This document shows, piece after piece, positions 13,016 through 26,174 of a DNA stretch of 63,976 nt. Every line of letters begins with the position of its first letter. The stretch's first letter is position 1. Under the pieces are notes generated by a model. It did not search any database. It was not told where the DNA came from and worked only from the letters and a program-made list of their open reading frames with translations. A program made the position numbers and the translations under genes. This DNA is from Paraspadella gotoi (taxonomy: Eukaryota; Animalia; Chaetognatha): NCBI GenBank assembly GCA_051294375.1, contig CM119264.1, positions 3,604,689 to 3,668,664 on the forward strand, given 5' to 3'.

Positions 13016-13910
13016 TCTCTCTCTCTCCTCTCTCTCTCTCTCTTTTCCAATCTTTCTCTCTCTCCACCTCACCCGAGCTGCTTTCGCCGCGCGGAAAAGT
13101 TTCAATCGTCAGGTTTTTTTTCTTTGCTGAATCCACGAGATAAATTCCTGTCGGTTTTGGATCAGATTTTGCAAAAAAAAATACTAATTTAACCAAAAGT
13201 ATTTAATTACGTAATACATCGTCGATATACGTAATTATCGATATTATCGAACTAAAAAATGCTTCATTTTACCCGTGGCGTTTTTGGGCTTTGGGTTTTT
13301 CGCTTGTTTGAAAACTGTGACGTTTCCAAAAAGTCGTGACGCTTCTTGTTCGATCTCGTTCATTAATCTGGGAAATATCAGCCAATCATTCAATCATTGA
13401 TTAATTAATGTGTCAGGTTTCAGCGGCATTGGTAATGAAAAAAACTGACGATGACTGTTCGGACGTAAAATTACTTCGTTTTTAATGTTGATTAATTTCA
13501 ACTTGATTTCTTGAGAGAGAATGACAAAAGAGTCATTCATTGTTATTGTTATTGCACTTTTAAAATTGTTATTATTGTTATCATTATTATCATGATTATT
13601 ATTATTATTTTATTCTCTCACCTCTTATAACCGTTCCTTCTATTTTTGACTTGAGGGTCCACGCCTGTTCTCTGACCCAGCGGCATCTTCGAACCCAAAA
13701 AATATTATATTTTTTCATTCATCTTTTAATTAATCTTTTTATTCAAAAAATGTTTCACTTTACTTGTCGCCGCTGAGTCGAAGAAGCCAAAAACGGCGCC
13801 GACTTTCCAGCGGCGTCGTCGTCGTCGTCGTCGGCGTCGGCGTCGTCGGGGCTGAATGGAATAACTGGAGATCCCGGTCTCATCCTTTCCAAACACTTGG
13901 AACTTCCCAT
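9169..13910 (-). CDS. Multi-exon (~18 short exons) orphan protein, low-complexity and likely disordered
   Basis: A chain of exons with AG acceptors and GT donors (one GC donor) can be joined in frame from ~13910 to the stop at 9169 (...TESDCEEAELYQCL*). No recognisable domain; the start is uncertain. Confidence 0.55.
9457..9493. repeat. (TA)n microsatellite in intron
   Basis: Direct observation. Confidence 0.95.
12969..13064. repeat. (CT)n microsatellite in intron
   Basis: Direct observation. Confidence 0.9.
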
Positions 13911-16900
13911 TCGCGGCTGAAGGGTAAGTATTCAAAATTAGAACCTTGGTTGGTAAAGTCGTCTCCTTTGTAGTTTCCTTTCCCAAGATACTAAAAGTTT
14001 GTTTTTTTCTCGATCGAAAAAGACGGACATCCAGTCTTTTCAGGCGTTGGATCCGACGCGGGGAATCCTCGTGTTCATTGTAGTGTCTCCTCAATCGAAG
14101 GGCGTCAAGGAGAAAATTGATGACCTCATCAAAATGTTTGGTGTCGAAAGAAAAAGAGTTTCGGCACCCGAGCGGAATTTTTCGAAGAAGGACCTTGTTT
14201 TTTAAGGGTCCATGCTTGTTTTTTTTTGTTTTTTTTTCTTGAGTTTTGTTTTATTCTAGCTTATTGATGTTTTCGTTTTACAAAAAAATTAGGTGTAAAA
14301 TTTTATGAGAAAAGTTAATTTGAATTATAAATTTTAATCAAATTTGTTTCGTTTGCCGAAAGGACCATCTATAGTTCTCGAGAGGAGGGGAGGGAAAAAA
14401 AATCATTACCCTTTCTGATCGACACTTTTAATCAAAAGGTCATAAAAGTAATCGACCTTAATTTCAAGCCAAGAAAAGAAAAGAAAAATAAGAAAATCAA
14501 AATGAAGAAAGAAAAAGGCTAAATTTAATATGCCTGAAGGCAACACCTAAGACCTTTTTTAGCAAGAAAAGAATAAGAATCGCTAACGTCGACCTTTTAA
14601 TTGAACAGCAAGTAAATTTGCAAAATAAAAGCTCAAAAGATTTGAGACTTAATAAATCTCAAAAGATTTAAGACTTAATAAATCTGCGTCTTCGCCGTTG
14701 CATGGAAATCAACCGTTCGTCCTCTGCTATTTTGTGCTTCTCTCTTCCATGGAAAATGAAGAAGTCATGAAAAGCATTAACGTAAGATAGAATATGGTTC
14801 GCAGAACATATAGTAGGGTTGTCCAATTGATAAATTTATCCTTCAGTTATGAATTGACTAACAATAATGATTGTTAATTTTTATCGTCGATCGATATCAT
14901 TAACAAATATTTTTAAGTAATTGAAATGAAAAAACAAAATTTTTATTTTAAGATTTAATAATAAAAAAAGCATTTGAACTGTCTTAACGGCTTTCCGCCA
15001 GTCCTACAAGAAAACAAATCCTATGATTTGATCATCACCTAGTTATACAAACATTCCCGCAATTATTTGTTTGCTCTGTTTTCTTTTCAGAAGAAAAACC
15101 TAGTTATGCTGGTAATCTCCGTTTTTTTAATTTTTATTTTGTGTCCTTGTTTCATAATTCAAATCAAATTTATTTCAGATCTTTCAAACCTTCAGACTCC
15201 TTCTATATCAACTCGCTCTACCCAAATTTAGGTTTACTGTGTTTAAACCGGTGATTTGAATATTAGCTAGCTTTACCTTTACCCTGAAAACTAACTTTTA
15301 AGAGGGTCGACAAATGTTACGACGGACATGTCAGAATTTAAAAAGTTTTTAAGTATCTTAAATTGATAGCCTCAACGCCGGCCATTTTTTTGTCTTCTGC
15401 AATGAAGCCGTTTTTGTCTTATCTCTTACACGCGACGAATTTTAAAAAATGGAAAACGGAAATAAGTGGAAAGTGAAAAATGGAAAGAAGGGAAAGAGAA
15501 AAGAGAAAAGACGAAAAAGTATATTACAAAAAATATAATGCGAAAGAAATAGGAATTAAAAAAAGGTGAAGGTTGGAAATAAAATGGAAGAGAAAGGAAA
15601 AGAAAAGAAAACGTGAGTTAAAAAAAAGTTAATATTACAAAGAGGAAAACATAACATTTAAAGCATTTGATTAAAACGATTAAATTTAAAGAAGGAAAGT
15701 AGCCGAAATCGAATTAAAAAGTCAAAAAATGGAATCGCATCCCACAAACTTCTCCTTTCGAATGACCTTGAAAGCTTCGACTCTCTCAAGTTCCTCCGTC
15801 CTTCTTGTAGGAAACGTCGACGTCTCATGATCTCAACCGGAGATACGAATTTTTTTAGGGATGGAATTCATTCAAACTGATTCTTTCCTTTCTTTCTTTC
15901 TTTCCTTCTTTCAAACCGCTTTTTTCGACGACGACGACGACTACGTTCGTGTCTTCATCCCCCGCCTACTCGGCTGCTTTCATGCCGCACGAAATTTAGA
16001 AATTTAAAAAAAAGTAAATAAAATAAAAATAACAAAAAAAAACTTATTCGACACTTTTTTTCCCAAAAAAAAAGTTGCGGTTTCAAATTGGAAGTGGGTC
16101 ACGCGACGTTGAATTTAAAAATGCGTCTCTCTGGATACTCTTCACGAAAAACGATCACAACGACAACAAATAAATAACAACGACAACAACGCTACCACGA
16201 AGGAATACGTTAAACTCGTTTTCATCGATTAAAACGAAATGAAAATCGNNNNNNNNNNNNNNNNNNNNNNNNNNNNNNNNNNNNNNNNNNNNNNNNNNNN
16301 NNNNNNNNNNNNNNNNNNNNNNNNNNNNNNNNNNNNNNNNNNNNNNNNNNNNNNNNNNNNNNNNNNNNNNNNNNNNNNNNNNNNNNNNNNNNNNNNNNNN
16401 NNNNNNNNNNNNNNNNNNNNNNNNNNNNNNNNNNNNNNNNNNNNNNNNNNNNNNNNNNNNNNNNNNNNNNNNNNNNNNNNNNNNNNNNNNNNNNNNNNNN
16501 NNNNNNNNNNNNNNNNNNNNNNNNNNNNNNNNNNNNNNNNNNNNNNNNNNNNNNNNNNNNNNNNNNNNNNNNNNNNNNNNNNNNNNNNNNNNNNNNNNNN
16601 NNNNNNNNGGCTTCCGGCAACGAAAAGATTCGGTGTGTCTTTATGTGTGTCTATATATTATATATAATTAAATCTCAATTATATCATAATAAATTAATAC
16701 ATAAATTGATATTATTCTTACAAATATTAGGGCTACACTTGGCGCACCAAGTGAAGAATTTGAGCAAAGGCAGCGGATTTCGCTTCTCTAAAATCTTGAA
16801 AGACAAAAGGGAATCGGCCGGTAAAATACTTTTTTTTTAGTTATCAATCTTTATCTATTAGTTATTTATTTTTCAAATTTATATTCCTTCATTCATTCTT

Positions 16901-17084
16901 TCATTCTTTAATTCATTCATTCATTCATTCATTCATTCATTCATTCATTAATTATTCGTCCCCCGGCCCCAGGACCGGAAACGTTCGCCAAACGTCAGCG
17001 TCGACATCAGACTGACATCTTGAAGCACAGAAAAGGAAAGACTCCACCGCAACTTCGTCCTCTTCTCGGTCATCAACTCTTGGA

Positions 17085-17410
17085 AACGGGGAGACCCATC
17101 ATCTATCGGTGGGTGCGGTTTTTGATGGGGGGAGACCCATCATCTATCGTGGCGTGGCGGTTTTGATTGGGGAGACGCCATCATCTATTCGGTGGGTGCG
17201 GTTTGATGGGGGAGACCCATCCAATCCTACTAATCGTGGTGCCGGTAAGGATGGGGAGAACCCATCAATCTAAATCGGTGGGTGCGGTTTGAATGGGGGA
17301 GAACCCATACAATCGTATCGGTGGGCTGGACGGTTTGAATGGGGAGAAGACCCATCATCTATCCGTGGGTTTTGATGGGGTTTGATGGGGTTTGATGGGG
17401 TTTGACGGGG
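17085..17410. repeat. Minisatellite, ~38-40 bp unit (gatggggagacccatcatctatcggtgggtgcggttt), ~7 degenerate copies
   Basis: Tandem units are visible, each with an internal gatggg...cccatc inverted repeat. Confidence 0.85.
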
Positions 17411-17749
17411 ACATAGGTCACCCAATCTAACGCATAGACCTAAAATGTCGTTGCATCCTTGGAGAAAATACTCCATACCTTCTCACTGTTCTCACTGTTC
17501 TCAGTGCTGTCCAGATTAGCATTTTTTTTTTTTTTAAATTTAATTTTTAGTAAGGAAAACGTTTGTTTTGATCGTAACAACGGCAAAGTTTAGTTGAAAT
17601 GAAGGATCAAAACAAACTTTTTTCCGTATTTTTAATTTTAACCCAACGAAAAGAAAGTCTTTTACACTAATTTGATTTTGCTCATAATTTTTTATTTTTG
17701 TTTTTTCAAAACAAAAAAAAAGGGAAACAAACGACGTTCCTCGATTGGA

Positions 17750-20292
17750 AGTCGAAACTTTGAGAGATGATTATTTGTCAAACTCACAAACGGCCCTACG
17801 CAACACCTCGCCGCAGCGCAACGACGCCTCGCCACTACGCTGCGACGTCACGCCGCAACGCAGTCAAACGACGCCGCACAACTCGAATCTGCATAGACCA
17901 CAATCGATGCACAGCATGGGTTCCGCTTCTTTCGTCGCTAATTTTCGGGTGAGAAAATGGAGATCATAGATTTTTTATGGCGTAATGTATTTTTATTTTC
18001 TTTTACTCGTACTAGATACTACGTTTCTAAATGTACAAATGTAGTTTGTATGACTAATTACTAAGTATAATCACGCAAACCTCCATAAACCATTTCTTCG
18101 TAGTTATCATAGAGCGTTAAAATGTGTATCTTTAATTAAATGAATTAGAAATTATAAAAGAACCAATGTATCAAAAAAGATTTGTCTTCCCTCCCACAAC
18201 CCGGGACAGCTGCAACCGTCTTCTTCGAACCTTTTACCGACGCCGTCGTCGTCGGTCGTACCGACACCTTCCAGCCGACAAGAATGACGAAGACGTTTTT
18301 CCCAATTTTCTCTCGGAAGACGAAGCCGAACTTTCGTGTCGAAGCTCAAAATTCCCACTGGAGGGCGCAGGTCGGAATTGGGAAATTGGGAGAAGCGTTT
18401 GGTGAGGGGGCGCTGTGGTCAGTGACAAGGTCAGACTGCCTCATCAGTCATCTATCCTCGAGAAAAAAAAAGACTTTATGGCAACTGCTGGGTTGCCGAT
18501 GATGCCCATTGGGATGGGGCATCTCGTTGTTGGTTTTGGAGCTTGTCATTGGCGCGGTTACCCATTGGCTCACCCAGAGGGAAGTAGTTAGGACTGTGGA
18601 TGGAATGTAACGCTTTGGATGGTGCGTTTCCCCTCTGAGACAATTAGATTGGCTAAATCTATCAGGACGTGAGGCGGTGTAAATATTCCGCCACAATTTA
18701 AAATTTTTAAAAAACCAAGGAAAAATAAGATAAATATAATAAATAAAATAAAACAGAAAAGGCATTAAGCTTTTTAAATAGAGTACAATTACGGTACAAT
18801 GTTGCGCAATACGACTTACAGCATTACGGGCTGAAGAAATAAAATCAGAACTATTGGTAAGTAATGCCGCCTAAAAAAAAACAATCAAACCAGAACATCA
18901 CTGTCGAAAAAATGCATGGAAAGAAACATGACAACCACAAAATTTTAAAAAGAGCATCTAGTTTGGTGATTTATCCTCGTGAGATCAAACCGAACCTTCA
19001 AAAACCTCACTTAGTTCACTAATCTTGAGCTAACTCCTCAATTCTCACAAATTTTAGGGTCAGTTCTTAGATTAATTAGTTAAATTGGAGAAACGATGGG
19101 TTAAAAATACATAAGTATAATTATAAATATAATCTCTTTTGATGCCGCCAGTACTTTTAAATTAATTACCCAGTCAATGGTCTTAAAAGCATCATCTTTT
19201 TTCCTTTTTTCATCCATTTTCTGGTCAGAGAGTAGTGCGAAATAAATGCATGGGAAATAGAAAGGCCTTAAGGACTATTAAATAATTTAATGACTCGAAG
19301 ACATTAAAAGAGATCCCATAATTTAATAATCGGTATCTGTAAAGTAACATCTCGGTCATTTTGCCCACTTTAAAACCCCCACCACCTTGTCCACACGACC
19401 GACCCCTCCCAAACCAGACTTCCCCCTCTCCACCCTCTCGTCGAGACATCGGCGCCGGATTCTCGGCGTCGCCTCCGTGTCAACGGCGCCGCGTCGACCG
19501 GCGCTTTTCGCGGCGACGCATTGCATCTTCCGGAAGTGTATTGGTCTGAGGCGGAAGTGCCGGAAATTGACGCCGACGCCGAAGATGTCGACGCCGCCGA
19601 CGGAGAGAGGAGAATGAGGAATGAGCTTTTGCCTTCGATCGCTGCTCAAGGTAGAAAAGAAATATGGGGTCTTATCAACCAATCATTAAATCAATCAGCC
19701 GAGCAATCAGTTGATCGATTGAATTATTGGATCATTGAATTAATTTGTTGATTATTCATTCATTCATTCATTATATTTTTTTAATTCCTTTTTTTTTCTT
19801 TTTTCTTAGATTTTCTTATCTCTTTTTTTAAAAAATTTAATGAAGTTACTTAGTTTTTATTAATTTAATTATTTCCTATTTCCTTCCCTCAATTCTCCCC
19901 CCCCCCACCCATTCCCCAGATTCTCCCTCCCGATTCCTTCCCAACACTCAACGACGAGACTCGATATCAGTTCACCGATTTGGTTCAACGCCGAGATCCC
20001 GGCGACTTCGCCCCCTTCTCCCGGGAGAGGCGAAAACCCCTAGTCGCCTCGGCGTCGCGCGCCGGAAACGCCACTTCGGCGCCGGTGCCACGCGTCGCCA
20101 GGAAGCGGCGCTCTCGCGGCGCCGTCAAGTCCATAGACGGCGTGACGGTCATGGGAACGTCGCCCGTGTTTTTCCGTCGAACGCCGGAAGGTGGCGCGGG
20201 CGATGGAGGCGTCGGCGACGGTGTTGGGTCCATCTCTCCGCGGAGACAAATCGTCGTTGAGATTCCGGAAGGAGGGGAGAAGGAGGCGGAGG
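17750..20292 (+). CDS. Probable exons of a second orphan gene (~17750-17949, 18210-18370, 19419-19650, 19920-20292)
   Basis: GC-rich islands mostly bounded by cag/gt signals within AT-rich DNA. Frames could not be joined unambiguously. Confidence 0.3.
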
Positions 20293-21844
20293 TAGGGGGA
20301 GGGGTGTTGAAAGGGTGAGGAAAGGGGTGGGTAGGGGTGGTGAAGGGACTGGAAAAGTGAAAAGATAAAAAGTGAATTGAGAAAAGGACAAAAGAAATAT
20401 ATAAAAAAAGAAAAGAATATAAACGTTTCTTTCGCTCTCACAATTATTATTATTATTATTATTATTATTTTTTTAGACAATATGCATTGTACATCAACTA
20501 TTCAATATTGTATGTCATGAATAAATAAAACCGCGTACAAAAACTACGAGAAAACCGAAGGTTGTTAAAGGGAAAATTCATTACTCGTTGAAATGAAGCA
20601 CTGATGACGAAATACTACCCGAGTTTCGCCCGGAGCGATCCGAAGGCGAGAAAGATTGACTTAGTAAAACCCATAAATTTGTTGCAATAAAAAAGTTGTG
20701 TTTTTATCTGAGAATGGGATGGAAAAGAAAAATTGTTAATCATTGAAAAATTAGTAAATTATAAATTTACGGTTTTAAAATTATTTATGTAACTAGTAAA
20801 TATTACCTCCTAAAAATTTAATACATGACGCATTTATGGTGGTTTTAATTTAAATAAATAATAAATAAATTTAAAAAAAAAATAACAGTGGCATGTTTAC
20901 CGCCATTTCATGGGATGTTGAATTTTCGTTGCAAATTAATGTTTGTCTTTTTTTATGTATTAACAACAAAATTTGTCTTTTCTGTGATAATGATATTAAC
21001 TTGATAACTTCTTTCGTTAGCATTTCCTTTATGTTGTCTCAGTGACTATCCTCCGTGTTTTGATTTTACAAAATCAAAAGATATTTGTTTGTACTTTTGT
21101 TTCTGCTTCGTTAACAAAAGATAACGAGCTTCGATTTTGACTCGCGAAATTATAGGAGTAAATTCACAATAAATTTATCATTTTTACTTAAATTGCCTTT
21201 AGTTTAGAGAAACAAATCATTTTCGCTTAAAGTCATCACATTGACTTCTCATAATTAAATAATTATCTATATCGATTTTACATCTTAATTAATTTAAACT
21301 GTATTATTACCCACCATACTTCGCAAAAGACGAAACGTGGAAAATTTGATTCATCAAGATCGAAAAAGAAATCAGCTTCAATCCAAGTATCGCCTCCGTC
21401 TTTTTATGTTGCTTGGCAACGATGATGAGGCAGATCTTAATAACGACGCAAACACATAATCTTCCGAGGCTGCGTTTCGTCGTCATCATCATTATCGTCG
21501 TCGTCGTCATCATCATCGATTCATCGTCGTCGTCGTCGTATTATTAAATAAGATAGGCAAGATAGTTTATTTATCAAATGAATGGATAATTTTTATATTG
21601 GTTGTACCAATTTCATAAGAAAGAAAATAAAATCGGCAAATGAATTCTTTAGAAATTCCATTGCCCGCTTAGAAATTATTTCGAATTATTTTTTTAATTC
21701 TTTTTTGATTTGTTTTTGTTTTGTTTACAAATGTAAACTCTCTATAAAAATGAATGCCACTTTGTACAATTAGCAAATTCTATTCCATTGGCTTTTCTGA
21801 TTTCAATAAATCGATCCTTCTCATTTTGTTCTCATCGTCGTCAT

Positions 21845-21874
21845 TATCATCATCATCATCATCATCATCGTCCT

Positions 21875-21909
<35 letters not shown>

Positions 21910-21910
21910 G
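21845..21910. repeat. (CAT)n microsatellite
   Basis: Direct observation. Confidence 0.9.
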
Positions 21911-22139
21911 CAGTTACGCGCCGTCCGAATGAAATAAAAAGGCTTTCGCCACGCCCATTTGCCGTCGCCGGTCGACACCGTTTTACGGCGTCTTCCGGCA
22001 AAAAGGAGCGTCTTGCCAAATTCTTTGAACCCCGCGACGCTCCTCGTTCCCCCTCTCATTTAAAATAACCCGGTTTCATTAATGGTTCTGCCGAAACCAT
22101 TGGCCGATGGCCAACAGCCGTCTCCAGAATCCTAACGCT

Positions 22140-22330
22140 ATTGCACGGTGCTTTCAAGGTTATTGGCTTTCTCTCCATCGCATCAAAATGTTGGAACCAG
22201 GCTTGAGGGTTTTCCATACCCCAAGGCGGCTTACGGCCGTCCTCACGCTTCCCGCAGGGTAGGTACCAGGTTGGTATTGAACCCGGTACCTAGTGGTCAT
22301 GAGCTGATGGCTTTACTCACGACTGAAGGT
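22140..22330 (-). mobile_element. Possible tRNA-derived SINE remnant beside the LTR
   Basis: Minus strand has ...atcagctcatgaccactaggtaccgGGTTCAATACC, a B-box-like motif in a tRNA-like context. The A box is weak. Confidence 0.25.
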
Positions 22331-22462
22331 GTCATGTGTAAAGGCAGGGAGAACCTATGCTATGCCCGACTACATGTCCCCCAGATTGTAACCCACCCTG
22401 CACTGATTCCAGTAGAGGGAGGAGAGCAATCTTCAGCACATCTATGGGCCTGGAATCAGAAG

Positions 22463-22826
22463 TATTAAGTACAGTAAGTGCTATAGCCTCAGCTAAAACT
22501 TTCTATCTCCATGAAGCCCGTGATCATAACGAATTGATGTATTTTGTAGTAAGATGGTGTGTGTGATGTTAAGATCCTTCAAAGGCAAATAGTAAGTTCA
22601 TGTCAAATAATCATAATTCATTGCAAGTAATAACATACTAAGTAGGCTCCATCCGGGGAGTGTAGAAAAACCGATGTTCATTTGTCGTTCATCTCTCGTC
22701 AGCGGGCGATCCCTGGCGTTCACTTAGACTGTACTAAACTTTTCTACTCCGTAGTTACGTATTCAACAAATGATCAGTGTTTATACGTCGACGCCAAGTA
22801 TCGCACGCGTACGATCTCTCTTAACA
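22463..22826 (-). repeat. 3' LTR of copy A (364 bp, TGTTAAG...CTTAATA), preceded by purine tract ggtgggag
   Basis: Homologous to 36256-36613 (+) and ~61840-62259 (-), with homology ending at the same boundaries. Confidence 0.85.
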
Positions 22827-22999
22827 CTCCCACCTGTACGTGTAAACGGACAATACAACACTAGAGAGATCGTGCGCACCGCTGTACTTCGCCCTGTGGC
22901 AGTAGACTTTGTTACTGCAAACTGGATTCTATCCCCCTCTCTTGAAGAGTCACCGGCCCCTCTTGACGGTCCCATTGAGGTATCCGCTCCGATGTAAGA

Positions 23000-23191
23000 T
23001 CAGCAACAACCCTCTCCCACCAGTGGCGTCCTGAAAGGCGCCGCCCCTTTGGAACAGCATGGCGTCACCCGGCGTTTCACGGCATCACCTCCGGCCGACT
23101 TCAAGGCATCGTTGTCCTGCGACGCACCGTTGACCGTCTTGTCGATGACCATGATAGCCGCCGCCGGCGTCGCCTCCTCAAGTTTTTTCAT
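23000..23191 (-). CDS. Accessory ORF G (63 aa) upstream of the 3' LTR
   Basis: Intact, with a near-identical copy at 62441-62632 (one aa change). Confidence 0.45.
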   Translation of the reverse strand: MKKLEEATPAAAIMVIDKTVNGASQDNDALKSAGGDAVKRRVTPCCSKGAAPFRTPLVGEGCC

Positions 23192-23229
23192 TTCCCGGCT
23201 TGGCTCTCTCTCGATAACATAACTTGGAA

Positions 23230-23260
<31 letters not shown>

Positions 23261-23341
23261 TTTTATGTTTTTCCGTCGTGTTTTCTTTTCGTTGTTTAAT
23301 TAATTTTAATTAAGTTTGTTCATTACTCGTTCGTTTAAATA

Positions 23342-24120
23342 CATCACGCATAAAACGGGGTATATTTTTTCGCAATCGAGTAAACAAAAAGATTTCGGAA
23401 TCTTCTTTACCGTTTTTTTAAATTTCAGATTTTTTTTTAAATTTCTTTTTCCTTAATTTTTTTTCTAACTTTTTTCTCAATTTTTTTTCCAACAATTAAT
23501 TCCTAATTACTATTGCATAAAAAGATTTTTATTACAAAATATCGAGATTGGTTTATTTTATTAGACATTGCATTCTAAATTCAAATCATTTCTATGGTAA
23601 GAAAGAGTTAGTAAGAATGAGGAGGATGAGGAGGATGAAGCAGATGAGTAGGATGAAAATCAGGGAGAGAGAGTGAGAGAGAGACAATGAGAGAGAGAGA
23701 GAGAGAGAAAAGAAGAAAGACTCTCAAAAAATTTCTTCAAAGCAAATGTCTTGATATGGTATAGTTGCCGCTGTAAAACCATTGTCAGCAGAATATTGGA
23801 GTCCGTTATCAATAGAATCTAAAATTTATGATAAAAAGACAGATTTTATCGAAAAGGAAAGTAAAAACAACTAAATACGTTCTCAAGGATTTTCAAAAAG
23901 ACTGTTCTCATTTCGTGCGGGCCATACCGTGAGACATATCCATAAATTTCAGTAACCAGTTGAAAGGTCTTTTTATCCTCTTGAATTCTCCGTATGCGAA
24001 CAAAAAAAAAATTTTAGGGAAAATTAATAAAACGAAGAAAAGATGACTGAAATCTCGAATTCCAACGCGGTAAACGTTAAAACTATTCCTTTTCGGTTTT
24101 ACCCCGTTTTATGCGTGATG
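23342..24120. mobile_element. MITE-like non-autonomous DNA element (~780 bp) inserted in copy A
   Basis: Perfect 21-bp terminal inverted repeats catcacgcataaaacggggta / taccccgttttatgcgtgatg. The segment is absent from the homologous copy at ~62960-62980. Confidence 0.8.
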
Positions 24121-24383
24121 AATTATTCGTGCTCAATTTCCCAAAAAAAATTTTCTTTTTTCCAGTGACTCATTCTTTAATTATTTTTCCCTTCATTATC
24201 GTCGTTGGTCATGGTACCGGGCAAATTAAATACATTAACAATAAATAAAGGAACATGCCTCCAGGCCATACGACACGCCGGCGTGGGTTTGACGGTCGGC
24301 TCTGGAGGTGCCGTCCCGAGCAAATCAACTCCATCGGCGCCGACAGTCAAATTCGAGTTTAAATTGAATCTTTACGGCGGCGT

Positions 24384-25495
24384 CTAATTCGACCTCTTCC
24401 TCGTCGCCCGCTTGGCCCATTCCGGGTACGATTTTCTTGGAGGAGGTGGAGGCGGTGGTGACACTGGTTGCAACGTCGGAATTTTCCTCTTAGGCGCTGG
24501 AATTGGTCGAGACTGTGGCGGAGAGCAGACGAACTGCTCCATTCCTGCAGGAGGTCAAAAATTCGGCAGGCGCAAGTCCAACTGTGGCTGCATGCTGGAG
24601 TGTCGACTTGGCTCTGGTGAAGACGGTGATCGCGGATGTGGACAAGATAGAGATTCAATTTTCTCGTACATCCGGCCACACGTCTGTGACCAGAGACGCT
24701 CCGTTGTCGCACGACGCTGTTCCACTTCCCGGACTCGTCCCTCCAACCTGACTTCAGCCTGAATCCTGCGCTCCGTCTCTTTTTTCAAGTCTTGTTCCAG
24801 GCGTTCGATCTTGACGCGGAAGTCGGCCTTCTCCATCTCGGCCCTCAACTCCTGGTGTTGTCGGCGGTTCCGTTCTTCCAGTTGCGTCCAGCGTTTGCCG
24901 TCGACATCAGTTTGGGACGCTGCTGAAAATCGTGGTCCTGTTTCACCAGCGCTTCCGGAAGTTGTCATCGCGTAGTCTACAGCAGGTCCCGTTTTGTCGA
25001 AAATGACTACGCGGGTTGACGTCGCTGCTGTAGATGTTGATGGCGTCGGCCTTCCGTCATCCTGGATCTGCGTCGGAGTTGATCCCTTTGATGAGGTCCT
25101 CAAAATCCTCGTCTGACCATCCTCGAATTTTAGCAGCCTTTTTCCACGTCCGTCTAATACGCCGCACCATCACCTTATTCTCCTTTGTAGCCTTGAATGA
25201 TAATCTTTACGGAAAAGTCTATCAAGGCTCTTCGATGGGGTGGCAACGACTCCTTTTTGTTGAGGAAACGTGAAGCGAAGTCCTCGTCTTCTTCCGGCGG
25301 CGTCTCCGTAGTCGATGGCGCCGTAACCTCTTCGATAGACGCCGACGTTGCAAGTGAAACAGTTTCTATTTCGTTAGTCGTGCCGAAGTCTCCAAAATCA
25401 CGTGCGAATGGAAAGTCCCCGAATAATTCTTCTCTTTCTTGCGCTGATGGCGCCCACATTACCGTGTCTAGGTTCATGTCGAAGTGGGATTCCAT
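24384..25495 (-). pseudogene. Accessory ORF F, copy A (frameshifted or partly deleted homologue of 53772-54980)
   Basis: ORFs 25175-25495 and 24555-25103 match the two halves of the 402-aa ORF. Confidence 0.8.
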
Positions 25496-25842
25496 TTTGT
25501 TTTTTTAAATGAATGTTTATGAATTATTTGTAAGACGTTTTAAATAAGCTTTTCCTGTAATAACAATACAAATCGAATATTTAATGTGTGTTAGCTATAT
25601 CGAATTTCTTTTTCACTCATGAAAGTACAGTGAGAAATATTAGTGCATCGAATTAAGTCAACTCTTTAGCTTTTCAAACTCGAAATCTGGTTTTCTTTCC
25701 CGGATTTCTTTTTTCTGGAATGCGTCGACGTGTAAAGCTGGAACGGCTTAGTAAATTTTTGTAAATACTAATTAGTTATGTATTTTAGTACAATGAACAA
25801 TAATAACTAGTTAACTATATCTCTAGTATGTTTTTATCTCGA

Positions 25843-26085
25843 TTATCGAAATTGACTTTGATTCGAATATTTCTGCGGTCTTTTGTTTGCTATTCGCCCT
25901 CTACATTTCTCAGAAAAGTTTTTCGAACTTATCGCTTTTTTAATTTTACTCTTGCCTTTGCATCTTCGTAATCCGTCGTTCATCTGTATGCTCGGCCGGT
26001 TTGGATCCACCGAGTTCGTCGTCGCGACTTCTTTGACGAGGATACCGAAGCGCCCGAATTGTACTGCTATTTGACAAACGTCCAT
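25843..26085 (-). CDS. Accessory ORF E (80 aa, basic C-terminus)
   Basis: ATG after tttcag acceptor; homologue at 53191-53455. Confidence 0.55.
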   Translation of the reverse strand: MDVCQIAVQFGRFGILVKEVATTNSVDPNRPSIQMNDGLRRCKGKSKIKKAISSKNFSEKCRGRIANKRPQKYSNQSQFR

Positions 26086-26174
26086 TTTAACTGAAATTTT
26101 TAAACGAAACAACTTGGAAAATGTGTTTAAATAATTGAAATTTTTTTTGCTCGAACATTCTCAAATTTTTTATT

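Noticed and set aside
18400-18685. Possible SINE-like insertion
   Set aside because: Composition differs from the flanks, but no clear A/B boxes, tail or TSD.
20598-20660. CTGATGAcGAAA resembling a hammerhead ribozyme core, followed by a Helitron-like tactacccgagtttcgcccgg
   Set aside because: There is no stem II or matching stems I and III, and the Helitron resemblance is too short to support.
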